A stretch of DNA of 35,952 nt, from NCBI GenBank assembly GCA_027021705.1, contig JALUTT010000075.1:1-35952 (forward strand), written 5' to 3'. The stretch is from Anaerolineae bacterium. GTDB lineage: Bacteria; Chloroflexota; Anaerolineae; S140-20. Under the pieces are notes generated by a model. The model saw only the letters and a program-made list of their open reading frames with translations, ran no database searches and was not told where the DNA came from. Of the stretch, positions 18,999 through 26,700 are shown piece by piece. How positions within the stretch are numbered: the stretch's first letter is position 1; the number at the start of each line of letters is the position of its first letter. Made by a program: the position numbers and the translations under genes.

Positions 18999-21900
18999 TC
19001 ACCCCCAACGCTCAAACGCGGCCAGGATCTCGCGGTTGATCCGAACGTTTTTCAGGAACGACTGTTTCAGGTCGGGGTCTCGGATCTTTTCCGCCTTCGC
19101 CACGAGGTCAGCGTGCGCTTCGTCCAGATAGCGCTGCGCTTCCTCGGCACAACCGTTGGCGTGCAGCACCTGCGCGTGGTAGAACAGCATCTCCGGGGAG
19201 AAGTCCTGCGCCGACGTCTCCCGGGCCAGAGCCACGGCTTGCTCCGAGAGGGAGAGCGCTTCCGCCGGATCGCCCAGGGCCAGGTGGGCCATAGCCCGGT
19301 TCGAGAGGGCTCGGATCTGCTCCACGGGGCTGCCCACCTGACAGGCGATCTGGTAGGCGTCCTCGGCGTGCGCCAGGGCTTGGGCGAGGTCCGAAGGGGT
19401 GCCCAGCAGCCGGTGTAGGCGTGAGAGGTGGCTTTTGATGAAAGCGATGCCGACCCGGTAGTTGACCCGATCGGCGGGCGATAGGGCTTCCTCCATCAAC
19501 GTTCTGGCGGCCTTGAGGTTTCCTCGTTCATACGCTACATGGCCCAGCCAGTATGCGCCGTAGGCTTCCCACAGCGCCATGCCCAGCCGCCGGCTGATCT
19601 CACGGCAGGCCCGTGCGCTCTGCTCCGCAGCCTCGAGGTCTCCCAGCAGGCTCTGATTGATGGCCAGATGGGCCAATTCAACCGCTTCCTGCACGCCGTA
19701 GCCGATCCGGCGGGCGTCGGCCAAGGCCCGGGCATGCTGTTCGACGGCGCTCTGGAGGTCACCCGATCGGGCGTAGACGTTGCCCACGAGATGGTCGGCC
19801 AAAATCCGACCGTGAACACAGCCGCTCCGCTCAAACAGCTCGTGGGCGAGCGCCAGATGGGTGCGAGCGGCGTCGAACTCGCCCAGCAGGTCCAGGTAGG
19901 TGGTTGCCAGGAGGAAGTGGGCCCAACCTTCTTCTTCCACAGCGCCGGCCCGGGCGAGCAACGCGCAGGCCCGCTCGGCACACACGCGGGCCTGTTGGCT
20001 CTGACCTTGGAAGTACAACCCCTCTCCCTCGAAGCGCAGCGCGATCCCGGCCAGCCGCTCATCCTGGCAGGCTTCGGCCAGGGCCAGGGCCTCCCGAGCA
20101 GCCCTTATGGTGGCGCTGAATGCGTTGGCCTGGGCGTGCACGTCGGCACTCACGAGCAGGACTTCGGCCTGGAGCTGCCGATCACCCGCCTCGCTCGCCA
20201 GGGCCAGGGCCTCCTCCAGATCGGCCCGCGCCGCGTTGAACGCGCCGTTCAACAGAAGCGCTTCTGCCCGTTTGCGCAGCAAGTCCGATTCCCGCTTCGG
20301 TCCGGCCCGGACCTCCCGGGCCAACTTCCGCGCTTGCCCGTAGTAGGCCACCGCCTCTTCGATGGCGTACCGCTGCCGCGCCTGATCCGCTGCGCTCTCC
20401 GTCCACGCCAGCGCCTCGGCCGGACGTCGGCCCTGCCGGAAGTGGAACGCCAGTTCGCCGGCCAGCGCTACTGCCTCAGCACCGTAGAGGGTCTGCATCA
20501 CCTCAGCCGCCTGGGCGTGGATGTGCTGCCGACGCCGACGCGGGATCCCGGCGTAGATCACCTCCTGGATGAGATGGTGGGAGAAGGCGTAATCGCGGCC
20601 CATCTGCCCCGTCCCTTCGACGATCAGGCCGTGGCGCAGCAGCCCGTCCACGACCTCCAGGGTCGCCTCCTCGGCTTCACCCCGCAGCGCGTTGAGCACG
20701 TCGAAGTCGAACTCGCGACCGAGCACGGCGGCTTGTTGCAGCGCCGTCCGGCTGGCATCGTCCAGCCGGCGGACCCGTCTCCCAATGACCTCGCTCACGC
20801 TGTCCGGTAAGGGGAGGTCTTCCTCACCGACACGGGCGAAATCGCCCTGCCAGACCCCTCGTTCCAGACGCAGGACACCGGTCTCGAAGAGTTCCTTGAC
20901 GATCTCGATGATGAAGAAGGGGTTGCCCCCCGTCTTTCGATGCAGCCGCCGGGCCAGGGGGAGCGCTGCCTCGCCCATCCCGGACATCTCGGCCACCATC
21001 TCCTCCACGGCTGCCGGCGACAGGGGCGGGAGGTGCAGCGACTCGACCAGGCCCTGCCGGCGGAGTTGCTGCCTAATCCCCCAGAGGGGGTGTTGCGTCT
21101 CCACCTCTCCGGCCCGGTAGGAGCCTATCAGCAGCACCGGATGGTCGGCCAGGTGGCGCGCCAGGAAGTGAACCAGTTGCAACGAGGTCTCGGTCGCCCA
21201 ATGCAGGTCCTCCAGGACGATGAGGAGGGCACCGTGGGCAGCCAGTTGGGCCAGGAAACGGGCCACCCCGTTGAAGAGGCGGCCACGCTCCTGGTCGGAG
21301 CGAATCGCAGGGGGAACCGGAAGGTCGGGTTGGCCCTCACCTTCCACCAGGGCGGGCTGCTCCAGTATCTCCGGTGCCAGCCGGGCCACCTCGCCGAGAA
21401 CCCACGCCGGCAGGTTTCGCACGACGGTGGAGGTCAGGGTGGGCAGCGCCGCCTGCAACACCTCGGCGAAGGGCTGGTAGGGCAGGAGGCGTTCAAACTC
21501 GTAGCAGCGGCCCCACAGCACCTGGATGCCCTGCCAGCGCAGATGGTCCGCGAAGGCCCGGATGAGGCTGCTCGTGCCGATGCCTGCCTGGCCACCGACG
21601 AGGACCAGGCGGCCCCGGCCGGCCTGCGCCGCTTGCCAGCACCGGTGCAGGAAGGCCAGCTCTTCCTCCCGGCCCACCAAAGGGGTGGCAGCGGTCGCAT
21701 CCAGCGGCGTGCGTCCGGGTCCGGGGGGCGTCTCGGGGAGGCTCTCCACCGGGGCCGGTCGGACTTCGGACGCCCGCTCGGCCTCCAGGGACCCGGCCAG
21801 GATGGCCCGGTAGAGCTCGGTGGTCTCGATCATCGGCTCCGTGCCCAGCTCCTCCCGGATGATCTCCCGGCAACGGCGGTACTGGCTCAGGGCGGCATTG

Positions 21901-22496
21901 CGCTGCCCCAGCCGGGAGTAGGCACGCATGGCCAGACGGTGGGCGTCCTCGCGCAGGGGGTCGTGGTGGAGCAGCCGCAGCGCCGTGGCCAGGGCCGCTT
22001 CGTACTCCCCCTGGGCCTCCTGGCCGGCCATCAGTCGCTCCAGCACCTCGAAGAGCAGCGCCTCCAGCCGATAGCGTTCGCCGATGACCCAATCGTCGTA
22101 GAACCCCTCGAGGAAGTCGCCCCGGTAGAGGGCCACCGCCGACTGCAGGCTGGTCAGGTCATCGCGTGAGGCCAGGGCCTCGAAGGCATCCACGTCGAGC
22201 CAGAGGTCTGTCTGGGGATCGAACTGCACCGTGTGGGCATCGCTCAGGATGAGGGCGGCGTCGGGGAGGCAACGGTGGCGGATATGCCACAGGGCGGTGG
22301 CGAGGGAGCGGCGCGCCTTACGCTCCGGCCTGTCGCCCCAGAAGAGGCCCACCAGCCTGTCCCGGGGTTGTGGTCGGTCGCGATGGCGAACCAGGTAAGC
22401 CAGCAGGGACTGGGATTTCAACGTAGGCGGCCTGGGCAATGGCCGGTCTCCGTCACGGATATCGAGGGTGCCCAACAAGTACAGCCGTAAACTCAA
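18999..22496 (-). CDS. AfsR/SARP-family regulator: OmpR-like wHTH, BTAD, AAA_16/STAND NTPase, TPR
   Basis: LRLYLLGTL, LLAYL...RDRLVGLFW, ALYRGDFLEG, DPLREDAHRLAM, LVGREEEL, LIVLEDLHWA, TGGNPFFI, FSHHLIQE and TPRs. Probable start TTG 22496; the ORF is open to 22700, but that ATG abuts the -10 box. Confidence 0.92.
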   Translation of the reverse strand: MSLRLYLLGTLDIRDGDRPLPRPPTLKSQSLLAYLVRHRDRPQPRDRLVGLFWGDRPERKARRSLATALWHIRHRCLPDAALILSDAHTVQFDPQTDLWLDVDAFEALASRDDLTSLQSAVALYRGDFLEGFYDDWVIGERYRLEALLFEVLERLMAGQEAQGEYEAALATALRLLHHDPLREDAHRLAMRAYSRLGQRNAALSQYRRCREIIREELGTEPMIETTELYRAILAGSLEAERASEVRPAPVESLPETPPGPGRTPLDATAATPLVGREEELAFLHRCWQAAQAGRGRLVLVGGQAGIGTSSLIRAFADHLRWQGIQVLWGRCYEFERLLPYQPFAEVLQAALPTLTSTVVRNLPAWVLGEVARLAPEILEQPALVEGEGQPDLPVPPAIRSDQERGRLFNGVARFLAQLAAHGALLIVLEDLHWATETSLQLVHFLARHLADHPVLLIGSYRAGEVETQHPLWGIRQQLRRQGLVESLHLPPLSPAAVEEMVAEMSGMGEAALPLARRLHRKTGGNPFFIIEIVKELFETGVLRLERGVWQGDFARVGEEDLPLPDSVSEVIGRRVRRLDDASRTALQQAAVLGREFDFDVLNALRGEAEEATLEVVDGLLRHGLIVEGTGQMGRDYAFSHHLIQEVIYAGIPRRRRQHIHAQAAEVMQTLYGAEAVALAGELAFHFRQGRRPAEALAWTESAADQARQRYAIEEAVAYYGQARKLAREVRAGPKRESDLLRKRAEALLLNGAFNAARADLEEALALASEAGDRQLQAEVLLVSADVHAQANAFSATIRAAREALALAEACQDERLAGIALRFEGEGLYFQGQSQQARVCAERACALLARAGAVEEEGWAHFLLATTYLDLLGEFDAARTHLALAHELFERSGCVHGRILADHLVGNVYARSGDLQSAVEQHARALADARRIGYGVQEAVELAHLAINQSLLGDLEAAEQSARACREISRRLGMALWEAYGAYWLGHVAYERGNLKAARTLMEEALSPADRVNYRVGIAFIKSHLSRLHRLLGTPSDLAQALAHAEDAYQIACQVGSPVEQIRALSNRAMAHLALGDPAEALSLSEQAVALARETSAQDFSPEMLFYHAQVLHANGCAEEAQRYLDEAHADLVAKAEKIRDPDLKQSFLKNVRINREILAAFERWG

Positions 22497-22702
22497 TCCT
22501 ACCCCCGGACTAACCCTCCAAGACCGTTTTTTAACTCGGTTTGGCCGCCGACTTGCGACATAGCAAAGTCCATCGTCCCAATCGCCCAAAGACAAGGCCG
22601 GACACTGTGAGCACCACTCGGGATGGATGCCTGCCACGTCATCCCCTATGGCCCCCACAAGTGCCCGGCATCCAGGCTGGCTCCGTCCTTTGGCTCGCAT
22701 CC

Positions 22703-22732
22703 ATTATAGCATACCTCCCATCGCTCAGTCAA
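22703..22732 (-). promoter_or_regulatory. sigma70 promoter (extended -10) facing the SARP gene
   Basis: Minus strand TTGACT, 18 nt, TATAAT, preceded by TGc (extended -10). Confidence 0.75.
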
Positions 22733-22735
22733 GGG

Positions 22736-22983
22736 AATCACGCACCGGTGATTACCCTTATCTTTGGAGATAGGGAGAGTAGCCGTCCACGAATGGGGCA
22801 CGAATACACGAATTAAGGACCGCCTCATTCGTGCATTTGTGAGAAATTCGTGGACGGCCGGCTACGGACCCCTCTCTCGCTCACTTGTGGGTAATCACCG
22901 CAATCACGCACGCACTGGGGATGACCCATATCTGGGGGGTGGGGAGAGTAGCCGTCCACGACTGGGGCATGAATACGCGAATA
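22736..22983 (+). repeat. Palindromic element, one full and one partial tandem copy, between divergent promoters
   Basis: AATCACGCAC...GGGAGAGTAGCCGTCCACGA.TGGGGCA.GAATAC.CGAAT occurs at 22736 and 22902. Inner hairpin GCCGTCCACGAAT/ATTCGTGGACGGC; outer perfect 12-bp IR CGGTGATTACCC (22746-22757)/GGGTAATCACCG (22889-22900). Confidence 0.85.
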
Positions 22984-23022
22984 CAGTACCAAATTTCGAA
23001 CGACAAATTTGGGAGAGAAGGC

Positions 23023-23050
23023 TTGACACAGGCTCCAGGGACGGTATAAT
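23023..23050 (+). promoter_or_regulatory. Consensus sigma70 promoter of the IclR/sugar operon
   Basis: TTGACA (23023-23028), 16 nt, TATAAT (23045-23050). Confidence 0.85.
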
Positions 23051-23057
23051 GAAAAGT

Positions 23058-23092
23058 GTTCCAAATACCGAATGGTGTTCTGTACTATGAAC
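23058..23092. promoter_or_regulatory. Candidate tandem IclR operators GTTC-N8-GAA(C/T)
   Basis: GTTCCAAATACCGAAT (23058-23073) and GTTCTGTACTATGAAC (23077-23092) lie just downstream of the -10 box. Confidence 0.5.
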
Positions 23093-23101
23093 AACAGAGC
23101 G

Positions 23102-23872
23102 ATGAACAAGCCCATCTCCCCCTCCGTAGACCGAGCTCTCAGCGTACTCACCCTGCTCGCCGACCATCCCGATGGGATGGGAGTCAGCGAACTGGCCCGC
23201 ACACTGAAGGCGGCGAAAAGCAGCCTGTACGTGGTGCTCACCACTATGGAACAACGGGACTTCATCGTGAAGGACCCGGTGACCAAGCGATACTCCCTAG
23301 GCCCCCAGTTGCTGGTCCTAGGGTTGGCTTACGTCCAACGAATCAACTTGCTGAAAGAGTTCCAGGTGTTGGCGGCGGAGGTGGCACGGGAGTGCGGAGA
23401 AACCGTACAGTTGGCCATTCTGCGCGGGCGGAACGTCCTGTACATCGGCAAGCAGGATGGGACCCAGCCGGTCCGGCTCGCCAGCGAGGTGGGAAGTGAG
23501 CTGCCAGCCCATACCACGGCGTTGGGCAAATCCCTGTTGGCGGGACTCTCTGACGCGGCCATTGACGAGCTCTACGAAGGCGTCACTCTGGAAAAACGGA
23601 CTCCGCAGACCATCGGCAACCTGGCCGACTTGAAACGGGAGATAGCAGAGGTCCGGGTCCGGGGATACGCTGTGGATCGCGGGGAAACCCTTGAGGACCT
23701 CCGCTGCGTGGGGGCCCCTGTATGTGACGCCCATGGGACCGTCGTCGCCGCGGTCAGCATCTCGGTACCCATCACCCGTATGGACGACGAACGCGAGAAG
23801 GAACTGGCACAGCGGGTCTGCATCTTAGCCCAAGAACTGTCCCGCCGATTGGGGTACATCAACCGGGCCTGA
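23102..23872 (+). CDS. IclR family transcriptional regulator
   Basis: SVDRALSVL HTH region, YSLGP, GETVQLA, LPAHTTALGKSLLA and RGYAVDRGE...CVGAPV. Start uncertain (23072/23087/23102). Confidence 0.95.
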   Translation: MNKPISPSVDRALSVLTLLADHPDGMGVSELARTLKAAKSSLYVVLTTMEQRDFIVKDPVTKRYSLGPQLLVLGLAYVQRINLLKEFQVLAAEVARECGETVQLAILRGRNVLYIGKQDGTQPVRLASEVGSELPAHTTALGKSLLAGLSDAAIDELYEGVTLEKRTPQTIGNLADLKREIAEVRVRGYAVDRGETLEDLRCVGAPVCDAHGTVVAAVSISVPITRMDDEREKELAQRVCILAQELSRRLGYINRA

Positions 23873-23909
23873 TCACGGGCAAAGCTGGTCACCAAGGAAG
23901 AGATCAGAC

Positions 23910-24590
23910 ATGTTTCGGATGCTCTCGTATCCCCTGCGGTCAACCGACCCTGTTTGGCCGGGAAATCCACCGCCAGTCCGTTCAGAGCCGTTTCAGGCAA
24001 TCGCCCGTGGGGACGTGGTCAATACCACGATCCTGCACCTGTTCTCTCACTCTGGGACACACCTGGATGCTCCAAAGCACTTCAACGAGCGTGGTCCTGC
24101 AGCGGTTGATCTGCCTGTAGATGCTTACGTTTTCTTCGCCCCCGTGGTGATTGAGGTGCCCAAACCCGAAGGGGGATTGATCCACAGGGCAGAACTCGAA
24201 CCATTCGCCGATCAACTTGCCGCTGCCGATCTGGCATTGTTGTACACCGGCTGGAGCGCTGTGCGACCTCAAGATCCCCGACGCTACGTATGGGAAGGAC
24301 CCGCCTTGCATCCAGCAGCCGCACGCTTTCTGATAGAGCAGTTCCCCCGTTTGAAGGCTATCGCCATTGACGCGGTCTCCATCGGTTCTCCCCAGTATGA
24401 GGAAGAGGCGATCGAAACCCATCAGGTCCTGACAGGGGTGGGGCGTGAGGATGGCCGGTTCCTGTTGATCTTGGAGGACCTGCGGATTGACCCTGACTTG
24501 GACAAGGCTGTGCGCATCTATGCCTGGCCCTTATTCATAGAGGGCTCTGACGGGAGCCCGTGCACGGTAGTGGCCGAGTTTCCTCGATAG
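23910..24590 (+). CDS. Cyclase family (kynurenine formamidase-like) metal hydrolase
   Basis: HSGTHLDAPKHF signature, LLYTGWS, IAIDAVS, ILEDL and GSDGSPC. Confidence 0.9.
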   Translation: MFRMLSYPLRSTDPVWPGNPPPVRSEPFQAIARGDVVNTTILHLFSHSGTHLDAPKHFNERGPAAVDLPVDAYVFFAPVVIEVPKPEGGLIHRAELEPFADQLAAADLALLYTGWSAVRPQDPRRYVWEGPALHPAAARFLIEQFPRLKAIAIDAVSIGSPQYEEEAIETHQVLTGVGREDGRFLLILEDLRIDPDLDKAVRIYAWPLFIEGSDGSPCTVVAEFPR

Positions 24591-24670
24591 ATCGGGCTCT
24601 TGATGCCCCACGATGAAGTGCAGTCCCCCACGACCATAGGAAGACCCTCGAGGATGCAAGGCGAGGATGT

Positions 24671-25351
24671 ATGCGTCTGGTATTCACCTTCCACTGGGAT
24701 GATCCCAAGGGCATCCCTCACCCAACGCGGTGTCCCTACCCGGGTTGCAACAGCACCCAGGTCCGACTGAGGCAAGTGGTCAAGAAGCTCGTGCGGGATG
24801 CCGTATGCGAAGAGGTGTGGGCTCACCGCTACCAATGCTTGGTGTGTGGACGCACCTTCCGAGTCTATCCCTCAGGCGTGTCACGAGCCCACACCTCCCA
24901 GCGAGTGCAAAAGGTGGCCCTCTTGTTGTACCTGCTGGGACTGAGCTACGGTGCTGTTGCCCGGGTATTGGATGCGCTGGGGATCTACCTGTGCAAGAGC
25001 CAAGTATACGGGGTCGTCCACAGCACGCTGGCCCACACCCAGGGGGTACGCCGGGAATCCCTCTTCCAAAGGGCACGGGTGTCGGGGCCTAGTTGTGGTA
25101 TGGCAGCGGTGCAATATGGGGGACGATGGTTGTCCGTGAGGCTACACATACACGGTTCCCGCTGCTGGACGGTAGAAGTCAGCGGTCTGTTACCGGATGA
25201 GGTGCAATCCCTCAGGCAGAGGGTGGAGCCCCTGGCATCCATCGTCGGGGCTCAAGTCCGGACGGTAGGAGAAGGCTCGCCCATTCGCGGGCCTAAGCAA
25301 AGGGTAAAGTCTGCAATATGCGCACCATTACCAGGAGGAGGTGACCTATGA
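24671..25351 (+). CDS. Transposase-derived zinc-ribbon/HTH protein without a recognisable DDE domain (degenerate IS remnant or domesticated gene)
   Basis: CPYPGC...RYQCLVCGRTFRVYP zinc ribbon followed by LYLLGLSYGAVARVL HTH, as in IS1/IS6-like transposase N-termini. No acidic catalytic motif and no terminal IRs seen. Confidence 0.6.
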   Translation: MRLVFTFHWDDPKGIPHPTRCPYPGCNSTQVRLRQVVKKLVRDAVCEEVWAHRYQCLVCGRTFRVYPSGVSRAHTSQRVQKVALLLYLLGLSYGAVARVLDALGIYLCKSQVYGVVHSTLAHTQGVRRESLFQRARVSGPSCGMAAVQYGGRWLSVRLHIHGSRCWTVEVSGLLPDEVQSLRQRVEPLASIVGAQVRTVGEGSPIRGPKQRVKSAICAPLPGGGDL

Positions 25352-26559
25352 ACCGCAGAAGCGCTCCAAGGGGCTGGCGATCCATCAGCACATCTCTGGC
25401 AGCCCTCATTGTGGTGGCATTGGTGATAGGAGCCTGTTCACCTGCTGCCCCCACTCCCACACCAATGCCCAAGTCCACAGAGCCCCCAACGCCGGTACCG
25501 TCCCCCACTTCCGCGACGGTCCAATATCCGCCTGAGTACGATCCGGCAGCCTGCTTCCAGCCTGCTGTCAACAACGATCAAACGGTCAAATTCGCCCCCA
25601 AGCCGCCGCCCTACAAGATCGCGGTCAGCAACTCCTACATCGGCAATGCCTGGCGCACCCAGATGATCCAGATCGCCAAGGCCTATGTGAAACAGCCCCA
25701 CGTGGCTCCCTTGATCGAAGAGTTCACGGTGATCAGCTCTGGGCAGGACGTGGCGGCACAGATCGCCCAGATGGACAATATGATCGCTGCGGGTGTGGAC
25801 GCTATCATCCTGAACGCGGCCACCCCAACGGGCTTTGACGCGGTCATCCGTCGGGCGAAGGAGGCAGGCATCATCGTCGTCTCCTTCGATAACATCGTCA
25901 CCTCACCCGACGCCATCCTGGTGAACGAAGATCAGGTCGAGTTTGGCCGTGTTATGGCCCGCGATCTGGTGGAGCGGTTGAACGAGAAGGGGAACGTCGT
26001 GATGGTGAACGGCGTGCCCGGCACGAGCGTGGACCGGGACCGCAACAAGGGAGCCAAAGAGGTCTTCTCCCAATACCCGGGGATCAACATCATCGCTGAA
26101 GTGGTCGGTATGTGGGATGATGGGGTCACCCAGAAGGTGATGGCCGATCTCCTCGCCACCCGCGATGACATTGACGGGGTATGGGTGCAGGCGGGGACGG
26201 TGGGCGCAGTGAAGGCCTTCATGGATGCAGGCCGGCCCTTCGTGCCCATTGCCGGCGAGGCAGAGAACGGCTTCCGCAAACTGATGGCCGAATATAAGGA
26301 TGAGGGCCTGGTGGGCATCTCGGTAGGACAGAGCCCCGCCCTCGTGGCAGTCTCCATCCAGGCGGCTCTGGAGTTGCTCCAGGGCAAAGAGCTGCCTCGG
26401 ATCATCTCCGTCCCACTGCCGGTCGCCCGGTCAGAAGACCTGCAACCCGGCGTCAACTACTTTCCCGATCTGCCCGATGACTTCTTCACACCGATCAAGT
26501 TCCCGTCCTGCGGTGTAGACCTCACACCTGAGGAGATTCTGGCAGAATCGGCCAAGTAG
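25348..26559 (+). CDS. Sugar ABC transporter substrate-binding lipoprotein (RbsB-like, CUT2)
   Basis: AGGAGG RBS, lipobox VIGAC, P/T linker, SNSYIGNAWR, GVDAII and IVVSFDN. Confidence 0.93.
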   Translation: MNRRSAPRGWRSISTSLAALIVVALVIGACSPAAPTPTPMPKSTEPPTPVPSPTSATVQYPPEYDPAACFQPAVNNDQTVKFAPKPPPYKIAVSNSYIGNAWRTQMIQIAKAYVKQPHVAPLIEEFTVISSGQDVAAQIAQMDNMIAAGVDAIILNAATPTGFDAVIRRAKEAGIIVVSFDNIVTSPDAILVNEDQVEFGRVMARDLVERLNEKGNVVMVNGVPGTSVDRDRNKGAKEVFSQYPGINIIAEVVGMWDDGVTQKVMADLLATRDDIDGVWVQAGTVGAVKAFMDAGRPFVPIAGEAENGFRKLMAEYKDEGLVGISVGQSPALVAVSIQAALELLQGKELPRIISVPLPVARSEDLQPGVNYFPDLPDDFFTPIKFPSCGVDLTPEEILAESAK

Positions 26560-26568
26560 CCTCTGATC

Positions 26569-26656
26569 GTGGGCAGGGGTGAGTCAGGGTTCACTCCCTA
26601 CAGCCCCAATCCTATGCGTTAGGTTGGACAGGGAGTGAACCCTTATCCCTGCCCAC
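26569..26656 (+). other. Long intercistronic hairpin after the SBP gene (mRNA stabiliser / partial terminator / REP-like)
   Basis: AGGGTTCACTCCCT (26586-26599)/AGGGAGTGAACCCT (26630-26643) is a perfect 14-bp stem, with an outer GTGGGCAGGGGT/ATCCCTGCCCAC stem. Confidence 0.75.
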
Positions 26657-26700
26657 CCGTGGCAGATCCCATTATCCACTTCCCTTGTCCCAGGAGCAAC

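Noticed and set aside
22497..22700. 68-aa N-terminal extension of the SARP protein
   Set aside because: ATG 22700 is only 2 nt from the -10 box, so upstream of the expected TSS, and the peptide has no domain-like character.
22736..22911. AATCACGCAC as a 10-bp target-site duplication around a MITE
   Set aside because: Similarity continues beyond the 10-mer into a second partial unit, so tandem duplication explains it better.
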